Origin: Bacillus subtilis subsp. subtilis str. 168
Lineage (GTDB): Bacteria > Bacillota > Bacilli > Bacillales > Bacillaceae
DNA: 64,000 bases
Assembly: GCF_000009045.1 (NCBI RefSeq)
Contig: NC_000964.3
Location: 62,001 to 126,000 of the forward strand
Direction: 5' to 3'
Shown: positions 53,286 through 63,513 of the stretch, in pieces
Layout of the letters: each line of letters starts with the position of its first letter
How positions within the stretch are numbered: the first letter of the stretch is position 1
Made by a program: the position numbers and the translations under genes
Notes under the pieces: generated by a model
Told to the model about the DNA's origin: nothing
The model's database searches: none
What the model saw: only the letters and a program-made list of their open reading frames with translations

Positions 53286-54018
53286 TTACGTCATAGGGAA
53301 AAATGCAGTGATCGAGACGTTAAAATCTGATCGGAAGCTGTATAAGCTGTGGATGGCGGAAAACACCGTAAAGGGACAAGCACAGCAAGTGATTGAGCTT
53401 GCCAAAAAGCAGGGAATCACGATTCAATACGTCCCGAGAAAAAAACTCGATCAAATGGTGACAGGACAGCATCAGGGCGTAGTGGCACAGGTTGCAGCGT
53501 ATGAATATGCAGAACTGGACGATTTATATAAAGCAGCCGAAGAAAAAAATGAACAGCCTTTCTTCCTCATTCTGGACGAGCTTGAAGACCCTCATAATCT
53601 TGGTTCCATTATGAGGACAGCAGATGCGGTCGGCGCTCATGGCATCGTCATTCCAAAACGGAGAGCTGTCGGGCTGACAACAACAGTGGCAAAAGCTTCA
53701 ACAGGAGCAATTGAGCACATTCCTGTAGCAAGAGTCACCAATTTGGCACGGACGTTAGAAGAGATGAAAGAGCGGGGAATCTGGGTTGTCGGAACGGATG
53801 CGTCCGCGCGTGAGGATTTCCGTAATATGGACGGCAATATGCCTTTGGCTCTAGTCATCGGAAGTGAAGGAAAAGGGATGGGCCGCCTTGTGAAGGAAAA
53901 GTGCGATTTTCTCATTAAACTCCCGATGGCCGGAAAGGTAACTTCACTAAATGCATCTGTCGCGGCTGGTCTTTTGATGTATGAAGTCTACCGGAAACGA
54001 AACCCTGTGGGAGAATAA
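53269..54018 (+). CDS. rlmB: 23S rRNA (Gm2251) 2'-O-methyltransferase, SpoU family (YacO)
   Basis: [19 protein letters not shown] and SLNASVA SPOUT motifs. Confidence 0.94.
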   Translation: MSQQHDYVIGKNAVIETLKSDRKLYKLWMAENTVKGQAQQVIELAKKQGITIQYVPRKKLDQMVTGQHQGVVAQVAAYEYAELDDLYKAAEEKNEQPFFLILDELEDPHNLGSIMRTADAVGAHGIVIPKRRAVGLTTTVAKASTGAIEHIPVARVTNLARTLEEMKERGIWVVGTDASAREDFRNMDGNMPLALVIGSEGKGMGRLVKEKCDFLIKLPMAGKVTSLNASVAAGLLMYEVYRKRNPVGE

Positions 54019-54024
54019 AGACCC

Positions 54025-54537
54025 ATGGATATCCTGTTAGTAGACGGGTACAACATGATTGGAGCCTGGCCGCAGCTGAAGGATTTAAAAGCGAACAGTT
54101 TTGAAGAGGCGAGAGACGTACTGATTCAGAAAATGGCGGAATATCAATCGTATACAGGAAACAGGGTTATTGTTGTTTTTGACGCGCATCTCGTAAAAGG
54201 GCTTGAGAAAAAACAGACCAACCATAGAGTTGAAGTAATTTTTACAAAAGAAAATGAGACGGCTGATGAGCGGATAGAAAAGCTCGCTCAGGCTTTGAAT
54301 AATATTGCGACTCAAATTCACGTTGCGACCTCTGACTATACTGAGCAGTGGGCGATTTTCGGACAGGGGGCATTGCGGAAATCGGCCCGGGAGCTTCTGA
54401 GAGAGGTAGAAACGATTGAAAGGCGAATAGAGAGACGGGTAAGAAAAATCACTTCCGAAAAGCCGGCGGGTAAAATTGCTTTATCGGAAGAGGTTTTGAA
54501 AACGTTTGAAAAGTGGAGGCGGGGAGACTTAGATTAA
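54025..54537 (+). CDS. rae1: NYN/PIN-like ribosome-associated endoribonuclease Rae1 (YacP)
   Basis: LLVDGYN, VVFDA, TADERIE and VATSD. Confidence 0.93.
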   Translation: MDILLVDGYNMIGAWPQLKDLKANSFEEARDVLIQKMAEYQSYTGNRVIVVFDAHLVKGLEKKQTNHRVEVIFTKENETADERIEKLAQALNNIATQIHVATSDYTEQWAIFGQGALRKSARELLREVETIERRIERRVRKITSEKPAGKIALSEEVLKTFEKWRRGDLD

Positions 54538-54538
54538 G

Positions 54539-54568
54539 TTGACGCTTTTTTGCCCAATACTGTATAAT
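54539..54568 (+). promoter_or_regulatory. sigma-A promoter of sigH
   Basis: TTGACG-N18-TATAAT. Confidence 0.8.
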
Positions 54569-54599
54569 ATTTCTATCTACGTGCGCCGGGGGGATCGGA

Positions 54600-55256
54600 G
54601 TGAATCTACAGAACAACAAGGGAAAATTCAACAAAGAGCAGTTTTGCCAGTTGGAGGACGAGCAGGTCATTGAAAAGGTTCATGTTGGGGACAGTGATGC
54701 GTTAGATTACTTGATTACGAAGTACCGAAACTTTGTTCGGGCAAAAGCAAGATCCTATTTCTTAATAGGGGCGGACAGAGAGGATATTGTTCAGGAAGGC
54801 ATGATAGGCCTCTATAAGTCTATTCGTGACTTCAAAGAGGACAAGCTTACCTCATTCAAAGCTTTTGCAGAATTATGTATTACCCGCCAAATTATTACCG
54901 CAATAAAGACAGCTACTCGCCAGAAACACATTCCTTTGAATTCCTACGCCTCATTAGATAAACCGATCTTTGATGAAGAATCAGACCGAACGCTGCTGGA
55001 TGTCATTTCAGGAGCGAAAACCTTAAATCCTGAGGAAATGATCATTAATCAGGAAGAATTTGATGATATTGAAATGAAAATGGGAGAACTATTAAGTGAT
55101 TTAGAGAGAAAAGTACTCGTCTTATATCTCGACGGGAGAAGTTACCAAGAGATTTCTGATGAACTGAACCGACATGTGAAATCGATCGACAATGCCCTTC
55201 AGCGTGTGAAACGCAAGCTGGAGAAGTACTTGGAAATTCGCGAAATCAGTTTGTAA
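54600..55256 (+). CDS. sigH: RNA polymerase sigma-H factor, GTG start
   Basis: DREDIVQEGMIGLYKSIRDF and KSIDNALQRVKRKL. Confidence 0.97.
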   Translation: MNLQNNKGKFNKEQFCQLEDEQVIEKVHVGDSDALDYLITKYRNFVRAKARSYFLIGADREDIVQEGMIGLYKSIRDFKEDKLTSFKAFAELCITRQIITAIKTATRQKHIPLNSYASLDKPIFDEESDRTLLDVISGAKTLNPEEMIINQEEFDDIEMKMGELLSDLERKVLVLYLDGRSYQEISDELNRHVKSIDNALQRVKRKLEKYLEIREISL

Positions 55257-55273
55257 TAGGAATTTATGCTATA

Positions 55274-55303
55274 TTGACAGTATTTTTCTGACTATGATAT
55301 GTT
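55274..55303 (+). promoter_or_regulatory. sigma-A promoter of rpmG-secE
   Basis: TTGACA-N18-TATGTT with extended TG. Confidence 0.65.
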
Positions 55304-55348
55304 ACTAAAGATAAGAACTAATGTCTATTTAGAAAAAGGTGTAATGAC

Positions 55349-55498
55349 ATGAGAAAAAAGATTACGTTAGCATGCAAGACATGCGGAAACCGTAATTATA
55401 CGACAATGAAGAGCTCTGCATCAGCGGCTGAGCGATTAGAAGTAAAGAAATACTGCAGTACTTGCAATTCACATACAGCTCATCTTGAAACAAAATAG
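55349..55498 (+). CDS. rpmGB: 50S ribosomal protein L33 (zinc-type, CxxC...CxxC), 49 aa; below the ORF-track size cut-off
   Basis: Translated by hand: [49 protein letters not shown]; RBS AAAGGTG. Confidence 0.93.
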
Positions 55499-55531
55499 TT
55501 TTTGCGCTTTTAAATTGTGGAGGTCTTTTAC

Positions 55532-55711
55532 ATGCGTATTATGAAATTCTTTAAAGATGTTGGGAAAGAAATGAAAAAGGTAAGCTGGCCTAAAGGAAAA
55601 GAGTTAACGCGTTATACCATTACGGTAATTTCAACAGTTATCTTTTTTGTTATCTTTTTTGCCCTCCTTGACACAGGAATTTCTCAATTAATTCGTTTAA
55701 TAGTTGAATAA
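55532..55711 (+). CDS. secE: Preprotein translocase subunit SecE, 59 aa
   Basis: KEMKKVSWPKGKEL followed by a single TM helix. Confidence 0.96.
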   Translation: MRIMKFFKDVGKEMKKVSWPKGKELTRYTITVISTVIFFVIFFALLDTGISQLIRLIVE

Positions 55712-55754
55712 TGATCAGCAATACGTGCTATAATAGATCATAATATTACTTGCC

Positions 55755-55780
55755 AAAACCCGTTCAGCGGGTTTTTTATT
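55755..55780 (+). terminator. Weak terminator between secE and nusG
   Basis: AAAACCCG-TTCAG-CGGGTTTTTT; 4 GC pairs. Confidence 0.65.
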
Positions 55781-55889
55781 GTGGCTTAAAATGAAAGTTA
55801 TCATAGGCTTGCCGCCTATTTTTTGAAGCGTTATGGTAATTCACTAAAACCAAATGCGGGGAGGGAAGGACTGGACAGTCCTGAATAGA

Positions 55890-56423
55890 ATGGAAAAGAA
55901 TTGGTATGTTGTTCACACGTACTCTGGTTATGAGAATAAAGTAAAAGCCAACTTGGAAAAGCGTGTTGAATCAATGGGGATGCAGGATAAAATTTTCCGT
56001 GTAGTCGTACCCGAAGAAGAAGAAACGGATATCAAAAACGGCAAGAAAAAAGTCGTGAAAAAGAAAGTATTCCCTGGTTATGTGCTTGTTGAAATTGTAA
56101 TGACAGACGACTCTTGGTATGTCGTCCGCAACACGCCGGGCGTTACTGGATTCGTAGGATCTGCCGGGTCAGGTTCAAAACCGACGCCGCTTCTTCCGGG
56201 GGAAGCAGAAACCATTCTGAAGAGAATGGGCATGGATGAACGAAAAACTGATATTGACTTTGAACTGAAAGAGACAGTGAAAGTAATAGACGGACCTTTT
56301 GCTAACTTTACAGGATCAATTGAAGAGATTGATTATGATAAAAGCAAGGTCAAAGTTTTCGTTAATATGTTTGGCCGTGAAACGCCGGTTGAGCTGGAAT
56401 TTACCCAAATCGATAAATTGTAA
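55890..56423 (+). CDS. nusG: Transcription elongation factor NusG, 177 aa
   Basis: WYVVHTYSGYE, FPGYVLV, and a KOW domain ending FGRETPVEL. Confidence 0.98.
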   Translation: MEKNWYVVHTYSGYENKVKANLEKRVESMGMQDKIFRVVVPEEEETDIKNGKKKVVKKKVFPGYVLVEIVMTDDSWYVVRNTPGVTGFVGSAGSGSKPTPLLPGEAETILKRMGMDERKTDIDFELKETVKVIDGPFANFTGSIEEIDYDKSKVKVFVNMFGRETPVELEFTQIDKL

Positions 56424-56434
56424 TGTGAAAAAAC

Positions 56435-56463
56435 TTGAAATTGCTATATATAAATGATAATAT
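56435..56463 (+). promoter_or_regulatory. sigma-A promoter of rplK-rplA
   Basis: TTGAAA-N17-TAATAT with extended TG. Confidence 0.7.
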
Positions 56464-56539
56464 AGCAAAGGTACGTCTTGGACTTATCCAAGGCAACTAG
56501 CATGATATTTCGTCATTCATATAAAGAATGAAACCTTGA

Positions 56540-56564
56540 GTGGGAGGGTTTACCCTATTACCAC
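56540..56564 (+). promoter_or_regulatory. L1-binding operator-like RNA upstream of rplK
   Basis: GTGGGAGGGTTTACCCTATTACCAC. Confidence 0.6.
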
Positions 56565-56590
56565 ATCACGGACTTAAGGAGGTGTGTCTC

Positions 56591-57016
56591 GTGGCTAAAA
56601 AAGTAGTTAAAGTTGTAAAATTGCAAATTCCTGCTGGAAAAGCTAACCCAGCACCACCAGTTGGACCTGCACTTGGTCAAGCCGGTGTTAACATCATGGG
56701 ATTCTGTAAGGAGTTTAACGCTCGTACAGCTGACCAAGCTGGTTTAATCATTCCTGTTGAAATTTCGGTTTACGAAGACCGTTCATTTACATTTATTACA
56801 AAAACTCCACCTGCTGCAGTATTGCTTAAAAAAGCAGCTGGAATTGAGTCTGGTTCTGGTGAACCAAACCGTAATAAAGTGGCAACCGTTAAGCGCGATA
56901 AAGTACGCGAAATCGCTGAAACGAAAATGCCTGACTTAAACGCAGCAGACGTTGAAGCGGCAATGCGCATGGTTGAAGGTACTGCCCGCAGTATGGGTAT
57001 TGTAATCGAGGATTAA
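56591..57016 (+). CDS. rplK: 50S ribosomal protein L11, 141 aa, GTG start
   Basis: [11 protein letters not shown] and GTARSMG. Confidence 0.98.
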
Positions 57017-57065
57017 TTTGTTTCTTGTCGGGTTGCGAGTTTTAACAAGTTCGCAACCCTTATTC

Positions 57066-57091
57066 GTGGGAGGTTATTCCGCTATAACCAC
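57066..57091 (+). promoter_or_regulatory. L1-binding operator-like RNA upstream of rplA
   Basis: GTGGGAGGTTATTCCGCTATAACCAC directly before the RBS. Confidence 0.65.
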
Positions 57092-57110
57092 ATAAGGAGG
57101 AAATTTTAAA

Positions 57111-57809
57111 ATGGCTAAAAAAGGTAAAAAGTACGTTGAAGCTGCTAAGCTTGTAGACCGTTCTAAAGCTTACGACGTCTCTGAAGCAGTAGCTCTCGTT
57201 AAAAAAACAAACACAGCTAAATTCGACGCTACAGTTGAAGTGGCTTTCCGTTTAGGGGTTGACCCTCGTAAAAACGACCAGCAAATCCGTGGAGCAGTTG
57301 TGCTTCCAAACGGAACTGGTAAAACTCAGCGCGTTCTCGTTTTCGCAAAAGGCGAAAAAGCGAAAGAAGCTGAAGCTGCTGGTGCAGATTTCGTAGGCGA
57401 TACTGACTACATCAACAAAATTCAACAAGGCTGGTTCGATTTCGATGTTATCGTAGCTACACCTGACATGATGGGTGAAGTTGGTAAAATCGGTCGTGTA
57501 CTTGGACCAAAAGGTTTAATGCCGAACCCTAAAACTGGTACAGTTACTTTCGAAGTTGAAAAAGCTATCGGCGAAATCAAAGCTGGTAAAGTTGAATACC
57601 GCGTTGATAAAGCTGGAAACATTCATGTTCCTATCGGTAAAGTTTCTTTCGAGGATGAAAAACTTGTTGAGAACTTCACAACAATGTACGATACAATCCT
57701 TAAAGCTAAACCTGCTGCAGCTAAAGGCGTTTACGTGAAAAACGTTGCTGTAACTTCTACTATGGGACCTGGTGTCAAAGTAGACTCTTCAACTTTTAAC
57801 GTAAAATAA
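57111..57809 (+). CDS. rplA: 50S ribosomal protein L1
   Basis: [16 protein letters not shown] and [10 protein letters not shown]. Confidence 0.98.
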
Positions 57810-57811
57810 TA

Positions 57812-57840
57812 TTGACATGACATCAACATTCTGATATTAT
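57812..57840 (+). promoter_or_regulatory. sigma-A promoter of rplJ-rplL
   Basis: TTGACA-N17-TATTAT with extended TG. Confidence 0.8.
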
Positions 57841-57870
57841 TCAAAATGTTGTAAAATAGAATATCATTTA

Positions 57871-57985
57871 TACCGTAGACAGTAGGGGCCTAACCGCTTA
57901 ATTATCCTACCGAGGTGTATATTATCACAGCTATTACGTTACGTATGCTTGTATATACAGCCTCCATGTCTCATGGAGGCTTTTT
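57871..57985 (+). promoter_or_regulatory. L10 leader (L10-L12 autoregulatory attenuator) with terminator at 57959-57985
   Basis: AGACAGTAGG...TTAA...CCTACCGAGG core; terminator AGCCTCCATG / CATGGAGGCT followed by TTTT, upstream of rplJ. Confidence 0.85.
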
Positions 57986-58060
57986 ATATGGAATCCGTCG
58001 TCTCAGTCGTGATCACCTAACGGTATAAGTGTTACACAAGAATCTACAGGAGGTGTAACC

Positions 58061-58561
58061 ATGAGCAGCGCAATTGAAACAAAAAAAGTTGTTGTTGAAG
58101 AAATTGCTTCTAAACTGAAAGAAAGTAAATCAACGATCATCGTTGACTATCGCGGACTTAACGTTTCTGAAGTAACTGAACTTCGTAAACAGCTTCGCGA
58201 AGCTAACGTTGAGTTCAAAGTTTACAAAAATACGATGACTCGCCGTGCGGTTGAACAAGCTGAGCTTAATGGTTTGAATGATTTCTTAACTGGACCGAAC
58301 GCGATCGCATTCAGCACTGAAGATGTTGTCGCTCCGGCTAAAGTTCTTAATGACTTCGCTAAAAATCACGAAGCTCTTGAAATCAAAGCTGGCGTTATCG
58401 AAGGTAAAGTTTCTACTGTTGAAGAAGTGAAAGCTCTTGCTGAACTTCCATCACGCGAAGGCTTGCTTTCTATGTTGCTTAGCGTACTTCAAGCTCCAGT
58501 TCGCAACCTTGCTCTTGCTGCAAAAGCTGTGGCAGAACAAAAGGAAGAACAAGGCGCTTAA
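58061..58561 (+). CDS. rplJ: 50S ribosomal protein L10
   Basis: DYRGLNV, KVYKNT and GPNAIAF. Confidence 0.98.
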   Translation: MSSAIETKKVVVEEIASKLKESKSTIIVDYRGLNVSEVTELRKQLREANVEFKVYKNTMTRRAVEQAELNGLNDFLTGPNAIAFSTEDVVAPAKVLNDFAKNHEALEIKAGVIEGKVSTVEEVKALAELPSREGLLSMLLSVLQAPVRNLALAAKAVAEQKEEQGA

Positions 58562-58606
58562 TCTAATCAGTTTTTCATAAATTAAAACAAAATGGAGGAA
58601 TTACAA

Positions 58607-58978
58607 ATGGCTTTAAATATCGAAGAAATCATTGCTTCCGTTAAAGAAGCAACTGTACTTGAATTGAACGACCTAGTAAAAGCAATCGAAGAAGAATTTG
58701 GCGTAACTGCTGCTGCTCCTGTAGCTGTAGCTGGCGGAGCTGCTGCTGGCGGAGCTGCTGAAGAGCAAAGCGAATTCGATCTTATCCTTGCTGGTGCAGG
58801 ATCTCAAAAAATCAAAGTTATCAAAGTTGTACGTGAAATCACTGGTCTTGGCTTGAAAGAAGCTAAAGAGCTTGTTGACAACACTCCAAAACCACTTAAA
58901 GAAGGTATTGCTAAAGAAGAAGCTGAAGAGCTTAAAGCTAAACTTGAAGAAGTTGGCGCTTCTGTAGAAGTTAAGTAA
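58607..58978 (+). CDS. rplL: 50S ribosomal protein L7/L12, 123 aa
   Basis: Ala/Gly hinge, [23 protein letters not shown]. Confidence 0.98.
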
Positions 58979-58998
58979 TCTTCACTTACCTGTAGGGG

Positions 58999-59030
58999 AA
59001 GCTCGCTTTTATGAGGCGAGCTTTTTCTTT
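58999..59030 (+). terminator. Intrinsic terminator after rplL
   Basis: AAGCTCGC / GCGAGCTT followed by a T-run. Confidence 0.85.
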
Positions 59031-59067
59031 GCCATTCTTTAAGCCATGAAAAAAGGAGGTTCTAATA

Positions 59068-59673
59068 ATGAGTGAGCACTATTATTCAGAAAAACCTTCA
59101 GTAAAAAGCAACAAGCAAACCTGGTCTTTTAGGCTTCGGAATAAAGATTTCACGTTTACCAGCGACAGCGGGGTTTTTTCTAAAAAAGAAGTTGATTTCG
59201 GCTCCCGCCTGCTGATTGATTCTTTTGAAGAGCCTGAGGTTGAGGGCGGCATTTTAGATGTAGGCTGCGGATACGGCCCGATTGGTTTATCGCTCGCCAG
59301 CGACTTTAAAGACCGGACCATCCACATGATTGACGTTAATGAGAGAGCCGTAGAACTATCAAATGAAAATGCGGAACAGAACGGAATAACAAACGTTAAG
59401 ATTTATCAAAGCGATTTGTTTTCAAACGTTGATTCTGCTCAAACATTTGCTTCTATTCTTACAAATCCCCCAATCCGAGCCGGAAAAAAAGTTGTCCATG
59501 CTATCTTTGAGAAAAGCGCTGAACACTTAAAAGCTTCAGGTGAATTGTGGATCGTCATACAGAAAAAGCAAGGCGCGCCTTCTGCCATTGAAAAGCTCGA
59601 GGAACTGTTCGATGAAGTTTCCGTCGTTCAAAAAAAGAAAGGCTATTATATCATAAAAGCAAAAAAAGTTTGA
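59068..59673 (+). CDS. ybxB: Class I SAM methyltransferase YbxB (RsmC-like)
   Basis: GVFS...VDFGSRLL, LDVGCGYG and NPPIRAG. Confidence 0.92.
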   Translation: MSEHYYSEKPSVKSNKQTWSFRLRNKDFTFTSDSGVFSKKEVDFGSRLLIDSFEEPEVEGGILDVGCGYGPIGLSLASDFKDRTIHMIDVNERAVELSNENAEQNGITNVKIYQSDLFSNVDSAQTFASILTNPPIRAGKKVVHAIFEKSAEHLKASGELWIVIQKKQGAPSAIEKLEELFDEVSVVQKKKGYYIIKAKKV

Positions 59674-59698
59674 CTCGGTATTTTAACTATGTTAATAT
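59670..59698 (+). promoter_or_regulatory. sigma-A promoter of rpoB-rpoC
   Basis: TTGACT (overlapping the ybxB TGA)-N17-TAATAT with extended TG. Confidence 0.75.
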
Positions 59699-59918
59699 TG
59701 TAAAATGCCAATGTATATATTTTGCTTGATATGATGAATTGTCAATATCTATGTATAAATTATACAAGTATGGAAATGCTAATAAAATCGGTATTTGTTT
59801 TTGGATGTGGTTTTCTTAATTAGAAACCCTTTTTTCTTTTGTCTTGTAAAAGTATTTTCTTTCTTTGGAAGAAATGCTTATTACACATATAATACGCATG
59901 ATTTGAGGGGTGAATCAG

Positions 59919-62900
59919 TTGACAGGTCAACTAGTTCAGTATGGACGACACCGCCAGCGCAGAAGCTATGCTCGCATTAGCGAAGTGTTAGAATTACCAA
60001 ATCTCATTGAAATTCAAACCTCTTCTTATCAGTGGTTTCTTGATGAGGGTCTTAGAGAGATGTTTCAAGACATATCACCAATTGAGGATTTCACTGGTAA
60101 CCTCTCTCTTGAGTTCATTGATTATAGTTTAGGTGAGCCTAAATATCCTGTAGAGGAATCAAAAGAACGTGATGTGACTTACTCAGCTCCGCTAAGAGTG
60201 AAGGTTCGTTTAATTAACAAAGAAACTGGAGAGGTAAAAGACCAAGATGTCTTCATGGGTGATTTCCCTATTATGACAGATACAGGTACTTTTATCATTA
60301 ACGGTGCGGAACGTGTTATCGTTTCCCAGCTTGTTCGGTCTCCAAGTGTATATTTCAGTGGTAAAGTAGACAAAAACGGTAAAAAAGGTTTTACCGCAAC
60401 TGTCATTCCAAACCGTGGCGCATGGTTAGAATACGAAACTGATGCGAAAGATGTTGTTTATGTCCGCATTGATCGCACACGTAAGTTGCCGGTTACGGTT
60501 CTTTTGCGTGCTCTCGGCTTCGGCTCCGATCAAGAGATTCTTGATCTCATAGGAGAAAACGAATACCTGCGAAATACGCTTGATAAAGATAACACAGAAA
60601 ACAGCGACAAAGCGTTGCTGGAAATTTACGAGCGTCTCCGTCCTGGAGAGCCGCCTACAGTAGAAAATGCGAAAAGCTTGCTTGATTCTCGTTTCTTTGA
60701 TCCGAAACGATACGATCTTGCCAATGTAGGACGCTATAAAATTAATAAAAAACTTCATATTAAGAATCGCCTCTTCAATCAGAGACTTGCTGAAACGCTT
60801 GTTGATCCTGAAACAGGAGAAATCCTTGCTGAAAAAGGCCAGATTCTTGATAGAAGAACGCTTGATAAAGTACTGCCATACTTAGAAAACGGAATCGGTT
60901 TTAGAAAGCTGTATCCGAATGGCGGCGTTGTTGAAGATGAAGTGACTCTTCAATCAATTAAAATCTTTGCTCCGACTGATCAAGAAGGAGAACAGGTTAT
61001 CAATGTAATCGGCAATGCTTACATCGAAGAAGAGATTAAAAACATCACGCCTGCTGATATTATTTCTTCAATCAGCTACTTCTTCAACCTGCTGCACGGA
61101 GTAGGCGACACAGATGATATCGATCATCTTGGAAACCGCCGTTTACGTTCTGTAGGCGAGCTTCTCCAGAACCAATTCCGTATCGGTTTAAGCCGTATGG
61201 AGCGTGTGGTTCGTGAGAGAATGTCAATTCAAGATACGAATACAATTACGCCTCAGCAGCTGATCAATATTCGTCCTGTTATTGCGTCCATTAAAGAGTT
61301 CTTTGGAAGCTCACAGCTTTCTCAATTCATGGATCAGACGAACCCGCTTGCTGAATTAACGCACAAGCGTCGTCTGTCAGCATTAGGACCGGGCGGATTG
61401 ACACGTGAGCGTGCCGGAATGGAAGTGCGTGACGTTCACTACTCCCACTATGGCCGTATGTGTCCGATTGAAACGCCTGAGGGCCCGAACATCGGTTTGA
61501 TCAACTCACTATCATCTTATGCAAAAGTAAACCGTTTTGGCTTTATTGAAACGCCATATCGCCGCGTTGACCCTGAAACAGGGAAGGTAACGGGCAGAAT
61601 CGATTACTTAACTGCTGATGAAGAGGATAACTATGTTGTCGCTCAAGCGAATGCTCGTCTTGATGACGAAGGCGCCTTTATTGATGACAGCATCGTAGCT
61701 CGTTTCCGCGGGGAGAACACCGTTGTTTCCAGAAATCGTGTAGACTACATGGATGTATCGCCTAAGCAGGTTGTATCTGCTGCGACAGCATGTATCCCGT
61801 TCTTAGAAAACGATGACTCCAACCGTGCCCTCATGGGAGCGAACATGCAGCGTCAGGCTGTGCCTTTGATGCAGCCGGAAGCGCCATTTGTTGGAACTGG
61901 TATGGAATACGTATCAGGAAAAGACTCTGGTGCCGCTGTTATTTGTAAACACCCTGGTATCGTTGAACGCGTAGAAGCCAAAAACGTTTGGGTTCGCCGT
62001 TATGAAGAAGTAGACGGTCAAAAAGTAAAAGGAAACCTGGATAAATACAGCCTGCTGAAATTTGTCCGCTCTAACCAAGGTACGTGCTACAACCAGCGTC
62101 CGATCGTAAGTGTCGGCGATGAAGTGGTAAAAGGAGAAATCCTTGCTGACGGTCCTTCTATGGAGCTTGGTGAACTTGCACTTGGCCGTAACGTAATGGT
62201 CGGCTTCATGACGTGGGATGGCTACAACTATGAGGATGCCATCATCATGAGTGAACGCCTAGTGAAGGATGATGTTTATACATCTATCCACATTGAAGAA
62301 TACGAATCAGAAGCACGTGATACGAAACTTGGACCTGAAGAAATCACTCGCGATATTCCAAACGTCGGTGAAGATGCGCTTCGCAATCTTGATGACCGCG
62401 GAATCATCCGTATTGGGGCAGAAGTAAAAGACGGAGATCTTCTTGTTGGTAAAGTAACGCCTAAAGGCGTAACTGAACTGACTGCCGAAGAACGCCTTCT
62501 TCACGCCATCTTTGGCGAGAAAGCCCGCGAGGTTCGTGATACTTCTCTTCGTGTGCCTCATGGCGGCGGCGGAATTATCCATGACGTTAAAGTCTTCAAC
62601 CGTGAAGACGGAGACGAACTTCCTCCAGGTGTTAACCAGTTAGTACGCGTATATATCGTTCAGAAACGTAAGATTTCTGAAGGGGATAAAATGGCCGGTC
62701 GTCACGGTAACAAAGGTGTTATCTCTAAGATTCTTCCTGAAGAGGATATGCCTTACCTTCCTGACGGCACACCAATTGATATCATGCTTAACCCGCTGGG
62801 CGTACCATCACGTATGAACATCGGGCAGGTATTGGAACTTCACATGGGTATGGCCGCTCGTTACCTTGGCATTCACATTGCATCTCCTGTATTTGACGGA

Positions 62901-63500
62901 GCGCGAGAAGAGGATGTCTGGGAAACACTTGAAGAAGCCGGCATGTCTCGTGACGCCAAAACAGTGCTTTACGACGGACGTACTGGAGAGCCGTTTGATA
63001 ACCGTGTATCTGTCGGTATCATGTACATGATCAAACTGGCTCACATGGTTGACGATAAACTTCATGCACGCTCTACAGGCCCTTACTCACTTGTTACGCA
63101 GCAGCCTCTTGGCGGTAAAGCGCAATTTGGCGGACAGCGTTTTGGTGAGATGGAGGTTTGGGCACTTGAAGCTTACGGTGCGGCTTACACTCTTCAAGAA
63201 ATTCTGACTGTTAAGTCTGATGACGTGGTTGGACGTGTGAAAACATACGAAGCCATCGTTAAAGGCGACAATGTTCCTGAACCAGGTGTTCCGGAATCAT
63301 TCAAAGTATTAATCAAAGAACTTCAAAGCTTAGGTATGGATGTCAAAATCCTTTCTGGTGATGAAGAAGAAATAGAAATGAGAGATTTAGAAGACGAAGA
63401 AGATGCGAAACAAGCTGACGGCCTGGCATTATCAGGTGATGAAGAGCCGGAAGAAACAGCATCTGCAGACGTTGAACGCGATGTAGTAACAAAAGAATAA
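59919..63500 (+). CDS. rpoB: RNA polymerase beta subunit, 1193 aa, TTG start
   Basis: FIINGAERV, the rifampicin region [27 protein letters not shown] and GQRFGEME. Confidence 0.99.
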   Translation: MTGQLVQYGRHRQRRSYARISEVLELPNLIEIQTSSYQWFLDEGLREMFQDISPIEDFTGNLSLEFIDYSLGEPKYPVEESKERDVTYSAPLRVKVRLINKETGEVKDQDVFMGDFPIMTDTGTFIINGAERVIVSQLVRSPSVYFSGKVDKNGKKGFTATVIPNRGAWLEYETDAKDVVYVRIDRTRKLPVTVLLRALGFGSDQEILDLIGENEYLRNTLDKDNTENSDKALLEIYERLRPGEPPTVENAKSLLDSRFFDPKRYDLANVGRYKINKKLHIKNRLFNQRLAETLVDPETGEILAEKGQILDRRTLDKVLPYLENGIGFRKLYPNGGVVEDEVTLQSIKIFAPTDQEGEQVINVIGNAYIEEEIKNITPADIISSISYFFNLLHGVGDTDDIDHLGNRRLRSVGELLQNQFRIGLSRMERVVRERMSIQDTNTITPQQLINIRPVIASIKEFFGSSQLSQFMDQTNPLAELTHKRRLSALGPGGLTRERAGMEVRDVHYSHYGRMCPIETPEGPNIGLINSLSSYAKVNRFGFIETPYRRVDPETGKVTGRIDYLTADEEDNYVVAQANARLDDEGAFIDDSIVARFRGENTVVSRNRVDYMDVSPKQVVSAATACIPFLENDDSNRALMGANMQRQAVPLMQPEAPFVGTGMEYVSGKDSGAAVICKHPGIVERVEAKNVWVRRYEEVDGQKVKGNLDKYSLLKFVRSNQGTCYNQRPIVSVGDEVVKGEILADGPSMELGELALGRNVMVGFMTWDGYNYEDAIIMSERLVKDDVYTSIHIEEYESEARDTKLGPEEITRDIPNVGEDALRNLDDRGIIRIGAEVKDGDLLVGKVTPKGVTELTAEERLLHAIFGEKAREVRDTSLRVPHGGGGIIHDVKVFNREDGDELPPGVNQLVRVYIVQKRKISEGDKMAGRHGNKGVISKILPEEDMPYLPDGTPIDIMLNPLGVPSRMNIGQVLELHMGMAARYLGIHIASPVFDGAREEDVWETLEEAGMSRDAKTVLYDGRTGEPFDNRVSVGIMYMIKLAHMVDDKLHARSTGPYSLVTQQPLGGKAQFGGQRFGEMEVWALEAYGAAYTLQEILTVKSDDVVGRVKTYEAIVKGDNVPEPGVPESFKVLIKELQSLGMDVKILSGDEEEIEMRDLEDEEDAKQADGLALSGDEEPEETASADVERDVVTKE

Positions 63501-63513
63501 TCTCTAGTTATAA

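Noticed and set aside
59795-59980. 61-aa out-of-frame ORF overlapping the rpoB start
   Set aside because: TTG start without a Shine-Dalgarno and low-complexity Phe-rich sequence derived from the U-rich leader.
61323-61379. Possible rifampicin-resistance changes in rpoB
   Set aside because: Q469 (CAA), H482 (CAC) and S487 (TCA) are the wild-type residues.
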